NCBI GenBank assembly: GCA_003344405.1
Contig: NOWV01000015.1
Location: forward strand, 310,001-374,000
Direction of reading: 5' to 3'
DNA length: 64,000 bases
From: Trichoplax sp. H2
Taxonomy: Eukaryota
A program made the position numbers and the translations under genes. The notes under the pieces were generated by a model. It saw only the letters and a list, made by a program, of their open reading frames with translations, did not search any database and was not told the origin of the DNA. How positions within the stretch are numbered: position 1 is the first letter of the stretch; each line of letters opens with the position of its first letter. Positions 1 to 13,402 of this stretch are shown in pieces.

Positions 1-268
1 TCTATAACGAAAATCTTGTCCACTTCGGCTAGTTCCTGTAGCAAATTGATAGAGTCAGAGCAGAAATAACACTTTATAGATGTATTGTATCATATTCTTG
101 ATGAAAGTCCGACATCAAACTATTTAACACCAAGGAGACAGATCGCCATTATCCCCATTTAACGAATTTTTACTATCATCAGCAACTTACCGTATGTTCA
201 TCAAAATAATTAGTAGCATGCTCATCAACTCCTTCCAATCCAGGATTAAATGTGTCCAAAATATCGAC
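1..268 (-). CDS. Possible internal exons of an unidentified spliced gene running off the left edge
   Basis: On the minus strand, acag|TC GAT ATT TTG...GAA CAT ACG|gtaagt (about 268-191, ...DILDTFNPGLEGVDEHATNYFDEHT) splices in phase 0 to ctacag|GAA CTA GCC GAA GTG GAC AAG (ELAEVDKIFVI, about 35-1). No homologue recognised. Confidence 0.3.
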
Positions 269-733
269 TGTGTATTCCAAAAGAATCTTATGATTCATAA
301 TTACTTGAAATCAAAGTATACCGGTTGGTTTTCAATGTCGTTGGTGAATTCTTTTAGAGGAATGAACGCTTATTTTATGAATGCTTTAAATCATAAGAAT
401 AAATAAAATCAGCAATGATATGTTCTACTATGATTTTCAAAGCCGATTTTATCCAAAAAGGTAGAAAATATGTTGATGCGTAAATCAAGTTATGGATGGC
501 AGACTTTCAAACAAGCTAACAGCTACTATATTTGTTTGAGGCAGTTATATAATTTGTTTAGGCGCTTTAACACCAGCCAATCGGTTGTAGCATCAATTAA
601 ATGTATAGTAAACTCTTATAATATACGAAAGTATGTTTTGAAGGCAGGCTATTCACTTTTATATTCATTGGTCTACATATCACGTCACAATCATTCGGCT
701 AAGACTTGAGTAATGGTCTAATGACGAAACGTT

Positions 734-747
734 ATTACCATAGCAAC
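734..747. promoter_or_regulatory. RFX X-box-like motif (ATTACC-AT-AGCAAC)
   Basis: Near match to the X-box consensus GTNRCC(N0-3)RGYAAC, upstream of the putative minus-strand gene. Motif match only. Confidence 0.3.
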
Positions 748-2708
748 CATAATAACAAAATTGGCCATCAATTCTTCATCTATATTTTGTATGGCTTCTA
801 CTAAAAATAATAACCTAATTTACATAGCAGGCTGTAGCCTTCATAGCCAACTAGACTTGCACTCAATTTACTAAAACATCATACGAAATAGTCTATGAAT
901 CAAATTTATAGCTGGCTGATTATGGAAGCCCCACGAGCAAAGCGAGGCAGCAAACGTGAAATTAATATGCTATTAATTCCTCGCTTTATTTATTATGAAC
1001 ATGGCACACACCACTAGTGACAAAGTAGTCTACACACGCCAATCCTTGCGGAGAACGCCACTTACTAACTTAAAGAGGCGAGATTAGCTATATCACCAAA
1101 TAATTCAGTTTCAACGACCGAAAACTATGGTATAATTATAGCGTCACAGATGATGTAGACGAGATAGTCAGAGCTTCACTATCATTTATTACTGAAGGAA
1201 TCTTGGCACCCAAGATTATGGTCTTTACAATTAAATATCAATTGAAAAACTAGTTGACTATCCAACCGACTAACTAACTAAAAAGGAATCTTCAGGCACC
1301 AGCCTTATATAGTCTCGTCAGAAACTCCTGGTTAACAGAACAGAATAATTTAAGCTCCGCTAGGCAGTGAAACTATCCAGTATCTTCCAATAGCAATAGG
1401 CTGGAGCAATAAATATGGAAAATACTCAGGAAATTTTTATTCTATCCTAATTAATCTTCCACAGACAAGCATTATTTTGCAAGTCTGAGCGTATTTTTAG
1501 TATCCATGTACGCTTGCTATTGAGTAGTTTGAGTACGAACAGGTTATTTGGTGTTATGCGATTACTGATTATTGCATCAAAAGTTAAAGTCTGAAAGTAA
1601 AATCGCGTCTTGTTAAACTAATCTTGCGCAAATAAGCATCATTTAGCTAGCTTAATTACCGGTATATTTTTAGTATCCATGAATGCTCATCATTTAAATA
1701 GTTTGGGTAAGAATAGCTAATTACCTCAGTTCTATCAACACCAATTATGGTAAATTCGGTATGAAACCTTTAATATATGTAAGCGTTAGACTCAACTGCT
1801 GTATAGTAGTATTATATCAATATCGATCTAGCTCTAAATCAGCATAGAATATAGTCAGCTTTTGTACTTCTACGACTGTTTATTAAGCAAGCTTTTCAAA
1901 ACATTCTATCAAATCGGATAACACATAATTTTAATTTCAAGGCCAAAGTACAAAGAGCTCATGAATATTAAACTTATATTCGGTCATACTTATCCAGTGA
2001 AAAATGCCAATCAAGTCACTAGACTCTACTACAATTACTGCTATTAAGAATAATATTCCTTTTTTTTTACCTAGTATGTTCTAATCAAACCATCATTACT
2101 ATTTATTTATTTAAATCATGCTCATCATCCGATCGCCTGAGCTTCGTCCATCAGCATGACGTCGAACATCATGTCGAATAATATTGGAGAAAAGACTTAG
2201 TCCATACGGTATGAAGTGATTATGTGAATGATACGAACTTTTAGCTAGTCTATTAAGTTACAGCAGCATACGAGTACAAATTTATTCCATAAATTTTCGT
2301 ACTGTATCTCGTAAATTATATCGTAATCAATATGACAGAACGAATGATGCCAAGAAATGGCTATCCGGTAAAATTTAGAACTAATAATTATCATCTAATA
2401 TAAATGGCGATTTCAAAGCCTTTTACGGATGAAGTGACATATTGGTACTGTGAAATCAATTTAATTCAAAGTATGCACTAATTTCAAGTATACGCTTTAT
2501 ATCATGAAATAGTCCAGTCGTACTGTCCTAAGGGGCATTCCATTAATTCTGATACGTATCAGAAACAGTAACATAAAAAATAATTTTCTTTTCTAATCAT
2601 TGTAAAGGTACACATTTACTTTACTATGTAAGTAAGGGTACAGCTTTAATCTTAAATTTCACTGCTAGTATAGTTATCAATCTAATGAGCATAATATCTT
2701 AAATAAAG

Positions 2709-3674
2709 TTAGATAATTTCACACTGATTCTTTATGCGATATTGAACAGCATCAAGGCAAGATTGATGCCATGAGTAAAATAACAGGAATACAAATAGAT
2801 GCCAAAACTGATGGCTGGAAGCTACATAATCGAATTTACCTGGAAATAAACGCTCAGGAAATTTAGTGACAAGAAATAAACAGCCCATTAAGCCATAAAA
2901 TAGCATATAGCTTGCACCAATTGTAAATTGACGAACAAATGTGGATGATATGCCGTCATGCAAGTAGATAAAATGAAATATTGGAACTAATGAAAATGCG
3001 ACAATAATAACAAAAACGACGGTCCTATTCATACGAAAATTTAAGTTTGAGATTTGAAACTGAATCCCTTTAGCATCTGAGCAAGCTAAATTATAAACAG
3101 AAGCCGATATTAAAAGTGTTGATACGATGACGTATATTAGTAACCAGTAGCGATGGCAATAGTAAGCAACATATAGCCCCGATACAAATCCACCGATAAT
3201 TCCAATACCTATGCCCCCAATATCCATCTTTAGCCACAATTGATTCATTCTCTCGGAGTGGCAATGAAATAGATGATATAAGGTACTTAGCAGCAATGTG
3301 GACATATAAAAAAAGCATGCAGAAGATATTACAATACGATCTGGCATACTTTGCAATGTCCATGGCACTACGTAGACATTATCGAAAACAAGCAAGTACA
3401 CGAAAATGAAAAAGCCAAGAAAATGACTCCAAATATTGATTGATTCATTCGAAAGTACGAATAAACTTTTGAGACAAGACTGATAAGATAAATTCACTCT
3501 ATAGCCGCTGTATATATGAGGATTGAATTTTAGGAATGGCGGAACCTGAGAAATATTATACAGCTGAATTGATCCATGACATTCCTTCTTTTGATCACCA
3601 GAAATAGATCGAAATCGAGAGAGGATTCGTGATCGACGAAATACAAAGGTTGTCATTGACCGAGAAAATGTCAT
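2709..3674 (-). CDS. PAQR3: PAQR3-like progestin/adipoQ receptor family protein (7TM, HlyIII fold), intronless, copy 1
   Basis: 321-aa ORF with the PAQR motifs PxFLxxNPxIxxGYR, NESINIWSH, STLYHLFHCHSE, KMDIGGI and PERLFPGKFDYVASSHQFWH, plus seven hydrophobic segments. Confidence 0.9.
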   Translation of the reverse strand: MTFSRSMTTFVFRRSRILSRFRSISGDQKKECHGSIQLYNISQVPPFLKFNPHIYSGYRVNLSYQSCLKSLFVLSNESINIWSHFLGFFIFVYLLVFDNVYVVPWTLQSMPDRIVISSACFFYMSTLLLSTLYHLFHCHSERMNQLWLKMDIGGIGIGIIGGFVSGLYVAYYCHRYWLLIYVIVSTLLISASVYNLACSDAKGIQFQISNLNFRMNRTVVFVIIVAFSLVPIFHFIYLHDGISSTFVRQFTIGASYMLFYGLMGCLFLVTKFPERLFPGKFDYVASSHQFWHLFVFLLFYSWHQSCLDAVQYRIKNQCEII

Positions 3675-6297
3675 CTTCTCTAAATTTCCTTTACACTTTT
3701 GAGCTCATCGTAGTTTCAAATGCTTAAGATATAGAGAGATGAATGTTTATCACTATTTAAAACCTGGAATCCGGTTCCAGTATCGTATACTAACTTACCC
3801 AGCCAGTATCGAGTTTGTTTATGCATACTATAGACGCCACACCTCTCAAAATACTGTCGACTATATATAAATAATTTAAAACTAGCCGAAACAGAAGCAT
3901 TATTTTTCCATATTAAATTAATATTTATATCTTTTGTATATCTCCCTATACTTAAATGAATTATTTACTTATACAAAGGGCAGCCGTTATTTCTGGATTT
4001 ACTGTGTATCCTAATTTAATTATAGCATACTTGATAATATTGTATATGGTATTTGATGTATTTCTGTTTTGATAAAATTTCTATAATATTAAAAGTTTAG
4101 GCTTCAATATTGAAATAAATTCACACACCTCTTGGACAGTCTAGCACCTATAAGTGTAATATTCATATTATCAACTTTCATATAACCTACCAAATATAGT
4201 TTCGCAAGTTTAATTGGTTACGCAGTAATATGTACCAGAATAAACGATACCTGTTGGTACCTTATGTCAGTAGATCTTATGCAAATAAAATTAAAAGCAA
4301 ATTCAAAGATGAATCTAACAAGCGCAGGAGAGTAGAATATAGCAGCAAATTCAGCATATAAAATTGATTGTATCTCAAAGAGATCTAGGTCGCTAACATG
4401 CATTTGAAAAAATAAATCGAGTTGATCCAATATTGTTATTGCATGGTGTTCTGTAACCCAAACAGAAGTCCATTAGTAGATCAGACGCGATAATATACAC
4501 TATGGTGGCAAACAGATGGTACTCTGAAATTAATACGAAAATGCATTTTTTGCAGACTGCTTTATGAAATTTTATTAAAAATCTAATCAACAAATACAAT
4601 CCGGTATTAAATTGGAATTTCAAATACACATTGGACTAGTTTTACAATCTAACTTAGAAATGGTCTTTTAGCTGCTTCCATTTTTTATACCTAAACAGTG
4701 CCGCATAGAGGTTTTATTAATATGCTGAGGGAGACTTCTAAACTAGCCTTATTGATAGATCTCACCAATCGAAGCTATCAAATGGCATTACTGCGATATT
4801 AATGCCCTTACATTGAGACTTAGAGTCAAAGAAATATTAATTTAAATCAGGAATAATACAGATTTACTGTAGACAAAATTTTCTATAATACTACTAAAGA
4901 CTTCAGCCTTTATTCCCACTCTATATTGCAAATTTTTCTTCCAATCTATACAATTTAAAAGACAGCATCTACAGTGTTTTAAAAGTCTTTTCCTGATGAT
5001 TGGATAATATATTTTGTCACTCTAAGACGTAAGTCATTTCCTTACATTTTATTTGAGGCGAAACCGTAAAAGATTCTTTTTGCAGATGGCCCGTCGGGCA
5101 GCTTTAGATCAGTCCTAATGACTCTTCATCTGTGATAAAAACTCTTTGAGCATCTTGTTCCGTTACTTAGAGTTATTTCGTAATCTTAGGCAGATCTCCA
5201 CCTACGTATAATCTTTAAGCAATCATGCTAATCATCCTGGGATAAATTTTTAGTATCTTAAGGGCTATACTGATTCTCAAGAACACTAATTAGTAATCTT
5301 AGCCAGTCGATATTCAGAATTAATATCACATGTCTATCTTTTTATTTCACTATGTAAATAGCAGCGATCAGATGAGGACACCTTCAATTAAGAATTTGAC
5401 CGTGACCTAGACAGCTACCACAATTTAACAATTCACTAACACCATTTGCTACAGAAAAAATGTACAAAACTCAAAAAGCTCCACAACTATGTCAGCACAT
5501 AATGTAAACTATAATCTTGTTAAATAGCAGTAGATAATACTAATAAATTAGCCCTAAAAACTAAAAAAATACAAGAAATACATTCAAGATAGAGCAGATT
5601 TTTACCACGAGAGTATACAATTCTCGTTTGAATGATCGAAATTTAGAAATTTTAAAACTCTAAACTCGCGATTTAAAGAGTGTTGACTAAGGAAATTAAG
5701 GAAAATAGAAGCCTGTATAGCGTACAATATGTAACATTAGGAACCATCGAACAAAAATTACTAGATTTCCTGGCAGAATGATCAGAGTTAAAGCATCGTT
5801 ACTAGTTAGCAATCCTAAACAAATCAAGAAATTCTGTATAATATTTCCCCCTTAGCATTAACTAAACTGAATTGTTGGAGAATGGTTCTTCAAATTTTCA
5901 GTAATAATTGTACAACATTCCGTAGTTGTAAAAATGCTATTACAGCACTACCAGCAGTTATTTTAATAAATTCAGCTATTAAGCATATACGCGAATAAAA
6001 CGGTCATTAAACCATTCAATATAGCCTTTAAGTGCGAGCAATTTATCAGGATCAGCTGAAACAATCACTAATATAGCTATTAACCGTATGAAAAATTCCT
6101 TAAAACTATTTCATAGTAAGCAACAACATTTCTAAAAGGAATTATAAAATTGAATCTAAAATGCTATCCAGCAGCAAAATGATCTTCAATCTAAAGGAAC
6201 TGATTTACATAATGAAATCATCAATGGATTGGGTACAAATAATTGGACAATCCTCACTTGAATAGTTACAAAATTCGGAAAGCTAATTTTCAAGCTA

Positions 6298-7269
6298 TTA
6301 AGTACTGCACTGGTTCAGTATTCGAAAATGAACTGCGTCAATGCAAGAATGATGCCATGAATAAAAAAGAAAGAATACACATACATGCCAAAATTGATGA
6401 CTGGAAGCTATATAATCGAATTTCCCAGGGAATAGACATTCTGGAAATTTAAAAATTAGAAAGAGACAGCCAAGTAAACCCCAACCAAGCATTATACCAG
6501 CACCGAATGCAAATCTACGAACAAAAGCTACGGCAAATCCACCATTTATGTATATGAAATGACCAATAGGAATAAAAGCAAAGGCCACGACTAACATATA
6601 AGTGTAGATTCGATGAACAGTGAGTTTCATTTTACCAACTCTTACATTGATTACTTCATCCTTTGCTCGGGATAATACAAATGCTGATGTAGCAATAATT
6701 CCTACCGAAGCAATGCTATAGGTTAGCAATAATGCTTGATGACAATAGTAGGCTCCGTAAATGCCAGACAAAAATCCACCAATAATTCCTATCCCGATGC
6801 CGCGAACATCAATTTTTAACCATTTGCAATAGCTTTCTTCAGAATGACAATGAAAGAGATGAAATAATGTACTCAACAATAAAGTGGACATGTAAAATAG
6901 AGAGGTTGAAGAAACCACAATTCTATCCATAAGATGCTGGAAAGTCCATGGAACAATATACATGTTGTCATAAACTAGCAAGTAGGCAAAAATAATAAAA
7001 CCTAGTAAGTGGGTCCAAATATTGATCGTTTCATTGGATAAAACGAATAAGCTTTTGAGACAGGATTGATAGGATAGATGAACACGATAACCATCGATAA
7101 TATAAGGATTGATTTGGAGAAATTCAGGCACTTGAGAAAAAGGATGTAGTGCTATAGCATCGTCTTTCCTCATGACGGTTTTACAAATAGTAGCAGTTTC
7201 AGTGATTGGGCTTGCTTTATCATGATGACTGACTAATTGAGTTTCTCCCTTACTTCGACGCTTCGTCAT
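6298..7269 (-). CDS. PAQR3: PAQR3-like progestin/adipoQ receptor family protein, intronless, copy 2 (tandem paralog)
   Basis: 323-aa ORF with NETINIWTH, STLFHLFHCHSE, KIDVRGI and PECLFPGKFDYIASSHQFWH. It is colinear with copy 1 except for a divergent N-terminus and TM5 loop. Confidence 0.9.
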   Translation of the reverse strand: MTKRRSKGETQLVSHHDKASPITETATICKTVMRKDDAIALHPFSQVPEFLQINPYIIDGYRVHLSYQSCLKSLFVLSNETINIWTHLLGFIIFAYLLVYDNMYIVPWTFQHLMDRIVVSSTSLFYMSTLLLSTLFHLFHCHSEESYCKWLKIDVRGIGIGIIGGFLSGIYGAYYCHQALLLTYSIASVGIIATSAFVLSRAKDEVINVRVGKMKLTVHRIYTYMLVVAFAFIPIGHFIYINGGFAVAFVRRFAFGAGIMLGWGLLGCLFLIFKFPECLFPGKFDYIASSHQFWHVCVFFLFYSWHHSCIDAVHFRILNQCST

Positions 7270-7560
7270 GATTAATAGTAATATTGATCCAAAACTAATT
7301 TCAACTTTGTTGACTACTACGCTCTAAGATGAAGCTTAACACTTGCATATGAAAAACAAAATAGTATTTAAAATGATTTAATCGAATCTCGATCCAACAG
7401 AGATACAGTTACCAGTCTCGTGACTGAGATATCTAGCACCTTGTTAATTAATACTGCTAAAAGATAATGCAATATACAAATTGCTATGGGTAAAGATGCT
7501 TTAATCTAGAATGATGTCAGTAAAGATGCAGAACTGAATAATTTATTATATAAATAACGT

Positions 7561-7692
7561 GATTGGGCCAGTTATAACTTTTAACCAATCAAGTATTAGG
7601 ATAAATCAGCCCATTTTAGATTATCTTTTCTCTGATATAAATCGACTATTCTGTACAAGGAGTCTGAATGGTCACCATCATGTGACGTCACA
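7561..7692. promoter_or_regulatory. Candidate promoter of PAQR copy 2: perfect CRE palindrome and two CCAAT boxes
   Basis: TGTGACGTCACA at 7681-7692 (core TGACGTCA), ATTGG at about 7562 and CCAAT at about 7585, 300-420 bp upstream of the minus-strand ATG at 7269. Confidence 0.4.
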
Positions 7693-7777
7693 AAGAACAA
7701 CGTATTGAATAGAATACGATAAGCTGATGCTTCTTTTGTTCTTGATGGCGTTGAGGCTTTAATCATTTTAGATTAAA

Positions 7778-8729
7778 CTATTACAAACTCACGTCGCTTT
7801 GCAGACGGTTTACGATAATGTACCCATTTGTTAATAATTAACAGATAGTGTTACCATTCTACATTATACAGTATATATATCCCGGTAATAGCCAGGCACT
7901 ACTAAATTCACAGCTATGCTTGTAGAATACTACTTTTCAATAATGCATTGACGGATGAAATGCTATATTAAGATTAGGGTTAGGTTAATGGTCCTCACAC
8001 GTCGCTTTGCTAACGGTTTACGATAATGTACCCATTTGTTAATAATTAACAGAGTGTTACCATTCGACATTATATATCTATCCCGGTAATAGCCAGGCAC
8101 TACTAAATTCACAGCTATGCTTGTAGAATACTACTTTTCAATAATGCATTGACGGATGAAATGCTATATTAAGATTACAGATTAGGGTTAGGTTAATGGT
8201 CCAAAGCACACGATGATAACTAATGTACGGTGATGGACATACAGTACAGTACCGTACCAAGTTAAGATTAGCATGTACTGTAAGATATCTACAGTGCAGT
8301 ACCATGTCCTAAGTACTGTGGTCAATTCTATACCAATCATTACAATGTGTCTAAGGATCGCTTACGTGAGCAGGTAAAGCTTGCTCTGTCGATAGCAACC
8401 GTTATAAGAAAATGTAACAATCAAAATGGCTATGTAGAAAACTCTATAAAGATTCTATGTTGATTCAATTTTCATCCCATTATTATATCAAATCAAAATT
8501 GAAAGGCCCAGTAGCCACCCTCAGCAATATAACAAATACTATTTTAAAAATCAGTACTCTGCAGAAAAGGCTATCTTAGAGCTATTCGTTTTGCATATAG
8601 AAATCTTGAGGTAAAAAGTACTGTAAGAATATTATACTGACCTATTGAAATGAACCCATAATCACAGTCATCCAACTGTTAGTATAAATATCCCCGCGCT
8701 GCTCATTTAAATAAAGTGGGTGGGTGGGA
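7778..8729 (-). mobile_element. Non-autonomous Helitron-like element, copy 1, with its terminal ~205 bp tandemly duplicated
   Basis: Colinear and highly similar to 28853-29558. Hairpin CGTC-GC-TTT-GC-A-GACG lies about 10 nt from a degenerate terminus (ctat at 7778 versus ctag in copy 2). The segment 7790-7993 is repeated at 7997-8202. No coding capacity. Confidence 0.65.
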
Positions 8730-8871
8730 TTGCAATACATTGCATTATATTATTGGTATAGTAGATTGGACGGGAGGGATATGGATTGCACCCGGGTACT
8801 CGAGTAATTTAAATGCTTGAGACATGTAAACGAAGTCTTATTTATATGTACTGTAGTTAAGCCTCTCTAGC

Positions 8872-11800
8872 ATGGCTAATCATCGAAAGAAAAGAGAATG
8901 GCCAGAAGATTTCCAGGATAGTCAAATCAGGATTGAAGGAAAAATTAAAAAGTTTATAACCACTTTTATTCAAGAGTTTAACAACAACTTGAATGATTTA
9001 TCTCAAGTACTGGATAGAGAAACTAAGTACAAGCCAGAAATAATTAGAAACAACGCTGCACAAATTTTCATTGACTTCCTAACCTTTATACGTTCGTTGC
9101 CTATTAAAACTCCGCTGATTGATTTAGGAAAACTAACTTCAAATATAGAAAATTTTATTTTAATAATAAAGAAAAGGTATGATCGCAAGACAATTAAGAA
9201 AATTATTAATGGTATATCTCCCAACAATGACCGCTCCGCATTAGGCATATCTATGATAGCTTGCGATCTCGTCAGGATCTACGAGCAACAACTATCCTTT
9301 ATTTCTAACTCAAGCGATTTTTACTACATTAAGAAATTTGCTAAGGATATGATCGCTGCTATCATCGTGTATATTTTGGATCAACCAGATAATCTACCGC
9401 AAGAAGCAGACAAAATGGCAAAATTTATTAGCCCATGCATTATGAATCCAAAATTTGTCAAGAAAAATTGGTTAGTTCAGATCGACTTTAAGATTTTCTT
9501 TACAAATCTCATGTTTCTATATTATAATCGCTATCGTAGATAATCAGGCAAGTTACTCTTTACAATATTCTGCTAGTGTTTCAATAGTGTCAGGTCTTAT
9601 ATCGGAATCCAGCTTTTAACTTAATGAACATATCTGACGATAGCAGACTCGAAGCTAGAAAAGGCTATATAAAGAAACGTAAATCTACTCAACTAGACCA
9701 ATCAAATCGTAATCTCGTAATGAGCTACATGGCCTATTGATATTTTATTTAGTAGAACTTTATCTTTCTAGGTTAAATGGATCAAGTTACAACTTCTTAA
9801 CAGCTGCTATCCTTCGCTATATTGATAAGACAACTGTAATCTATTCCCTAAATTCTTTTACAGCAAGCTCCCTTTAGCCAACTTACATACATAGCTACAA
9901 TATTTATTGCTGCGTCGTAAATATTTATCCTGATGCGGCAGGTACAGTATCTTAATTCCAAAGTAAATACAAATTTATAGGAGCCTCTTGTTAATCACCC
10001 CCAGACATTAACATTCTCGCACAACATGTCACTCTCTAAATTCTACCATTATCAATTACCACAATCAGCTACTTCCCCAATAAACGACGATTGCAACAGT
10101 TAGAAACAATAATTGGAAGAATAGCTCTACTTATTATCAAATTGCACGATAGTAGACTCAAAGCATAAAGACTAGTTAATGAATTAAGTCATACAAGTAT
10201 GAACTGAGCTAAAATAATTAGGTAGATTATACAAGTTGAACAAAAAGTTGTCTGTTGGATAAAAGGTAGAGTGAGATCAGTTACATCACTACAGAAACAG
10301 CCGTTAGAAAGGCAGTTCTACCTATTACTAAGTTGAGGGGCAGCATTACTGGATCAACAAGGGTAACGAATACCTAATTTATATTATCTTCTCATACCAC
10401 AACCTTGGCGGTAATTCAATATCTTGTAGCTCAAGCATTAAACCACTAAACTATGAGATAGATAATTGCCCTTAACTTGATCTCAAAGAAATTTTTTAAC
10501 TAAAATTATAAATGATTAATTACAAGTTTAATCTACTTAGATCCAATGTCTTGAATGATAGCTTTATAAATAAGATTACTTACAGAAGAGCGCAATTTCT
10601 ATAAGCGCTGATTGATATTAGGAATCCAAGATTAGCATTAAATAGAATTTGTTCACCAATTATATGATATACGTCTATATTGAAGAATGCATACCGGAAG
10701 ACATGAATTATGAACTAACTTTATCCTACAATAACTAATTTTCAGTTTGTGTAATAAATTCTTTCACTCTCGTTGAAATGTACCAATTTGTGAACGTTAT
10801 GCTAACTAGTCTTTCAAATTATAATCCTATTTGCAGCTATAGTAAAAAAAAAGGAAGTCAATTAAAAATTGACTGGCAAGGAAACGAAAACCTTAAAGTT
10901 TATTCATTCGACTTAGTCGAAAGTTCTGGAATTACAATAGAAGAGGATAATTCGTACAAGTATTACGACTTACCTCGTCAAGGGAAAAATGCTCAGTATG
11001 GCTTCCGACAATTATCCATCTTCAGACAGCAAGATAGCGAAAAACAAGATGCTATTCGGTGCCTCAACGATATTACAAAGCAAATAAAGAGCAGTTCTCA
11101 ACCACTGTACCAGTATCAAAGCAAATTAAGCAGGAATCTAGACATGCAATTCTTTATCCAATATGCTGAACAAGTTTTAGATGTAGTCAAACAGGATGAA
11201 TATAAAATCTCTGTTACGATCGATGACGATCAAATTAATGCAATCACAGCATTGATAACAGAGAATGTTTTCAATTTGATCAGTGATCTACTGAATAAGT
11301 TGAAGATTTCTTTGAAAGAAGTGTTTACGAACGAGATGGTAGAGAAAATTACCAAATGTCTAGATCTGATTACTAATGAAGAATTCGTGTTAACTTACTC
11401 AAATAAGCAGATTTTAGAGCATATGAATCAAAATCAAGAAACAATAATAAAAATGCTAAATGAAATTTTTGAAAATCAAAATAGAATGCAACAAGAGCTA
11501 GATAATTTAAATCAAAAGCGAGGAAATGGCATAGCTACACTTATACCTAGTCAACCCAAGGAGAATATATCACAAGATGGCGACTGTCTGGATGGCGTAG
11601 TCATGGACAGAACTCTTGAAGAAGGTGAAGGTGGGCAATCTTTACTTTTATGTATTATTCACTAAATAATCTCGATTGAGAATTAGTCCAGCACTTTATA
11701 CAATATTCAGCTGAGGAGAATTACAGTCCAAAGTTTGTTGCACAACAGCAGCAATGATTATAATACATCTTAGATCGTTTTAGTGAGTCAGCAAATTAAA

Positions 11801-13402
11801 GGAATTTAAATGACAGCGATAGCATATTTGCATATACGATGGCTGCTCTGCAACAGAACTAGAACGCATACCTTCATTCTACGTGAAAATAGTTTACCCT
11901 AATATTAAGAATTAAATTAAAAAACGAAATATTAATGTGCGAAGGTTTACATTAAAACGAAGTAATTTAGTAGACCGTAACTGATGATGTAACCAAGTAG
12001 AAGTGGGTATTACATGATGATAACGAACAATTCTATTCGAGAATTCATTAAAATAGTTTTCTCCTATCAGAAGAGTTATTACAATAATTTTAGAACTATA
12101 CAGTATGCCTACTTGCTCGTTTGCATTAATACATCGCATTATAGTACATCGACAATTTATAAAAATTTTCATTTATCATCGCGAAGTGTACAACTTTTAA
12201 ATGTCTTGACAAGCAGCTTTCATTCTAATACTTATGTTACAGGTATTTCAAATCTTCATTAACCCGCACTTGTAGGCAAAAGATTACATCTTTTATAAGC
12301 GGCTTGCAGAATTATACCTTTAAATAAGACGAATGTCGAAATACTTAGTGGCTCAATTGTTAATTTAAAATAAAATCATTGCAGCAGTTGCATCTCACCT
12401 TCATATATGTTTCTCATACGTAATTTTTTACGATAGAATAGCTATATTTTCATCTCGCTACCAATGTTATAAGTTTCGTAGCAATGACATATTACAAACA
12501 GTAAGCAGATGTCTTCTATTCATGGATCTCCAAGTTAAAAATCATATCTCCTTATCTGTCATTGTAATGAGGCAGACTTTATCTTATTCTGTATGAATTT
12601 ATTAAATTACAATAAAGTTAGACCTGCAAAAACTTAAGATAAAAATCTACTTTTAGTATAATATTTAAAATGTTCATGCAAGCTAGCCTATAATAGCAGA
12701 ACAGTAAAACAAGCGATACTACCTCTAAACTTCTACGATTTCTATCTCTAAATCAAACCAACGAACAAACAGTTTACTGACCAAGCTGTCTATAAATCAT
12801 AGTAGTTATGAATCTCTTCTACTTTTCTGGACTTAGATTACTCTCTAGCTGTCTCTTCTACCAAGAGACGTTAAGTTGGTTGATTGCAAGTTTACGTTAA
12901 CCTTGTAAAATAATACTAGGCAATAGTTAGTCCGGTTCTTTATGAAATCTAACGGTTTAAATCACTTTTTGAACGTAGTAACTTTCTATCGTTTCTTTTC
13001 TACTTTATTAAAAAATTTACTTTATTTCTATCTTTACACAATATAAAGGATGGCTATTACTGAAATTCGAACGTCATTTGATTTATTCCTCTTGTAACCG
13101 ATTGTCTTTCTTTTTTTGTCTAAGGTGCCCAACGAATCTTAGATTTAATTTCCAAAACTCAAATCTTGAATGACATCAAAGCTGTCAATTTAAAAGTGTT
13201 TTACGAATGTCTCGGCCTAAAGCATTTTAAAGTCAAAACAATCTTGAGCAGTAATCTAACAATAGGAGATAGACTAAAAAATATAATTAAAATTTGGTGC
13301 AACGAAAAACAAACCGAAGCAACAAAAAGAGTTCTCGTTGAAGCTTTGTCTAAAGTTGGATTAGATAAAGCAGCTGAATTGGTATCCAAGTCTCAGAAGT
13401 AA
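8872..13402 (+). CDS. Gene A: unknown helical N-terminal module (X) + coiled coil + C-terminal death domain (3 exons, about 556 aa)
   Basis: Exons 8872-9470 (TG|gttagt, phase 2), 10837-11630 (ttgcag|C...G|gtgggc, phase 1; alternative in-phase donor at 11624) and 13125-13402 (polypyrimidine tract...taag|GT) join in frame. The last exon has a death-domain pattern (FYECLGLKHFKVKTI...DRLKNIIKIWCNEKQTEATKRVLVEALSKVGLDKAAELV). Confidence 0.8.

Noticed and set aside
7973-7987. TTAGGG-TTAGG telomere-like motif (also about 8182)
   Set aside because: Fewer than two full units and internal to a repeat element, so not an interstitial telomere array.
9003-9248. Antisense ORFs inside real exons (also 17495-17728, 13201-13389, 24278-24502, 33416-33670, 58413-58595, 6243-6452)
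   Set aside because: They are shadow frames of coding exons on the opposite strand. Their recurrence in genes A and B follows from paralogy.
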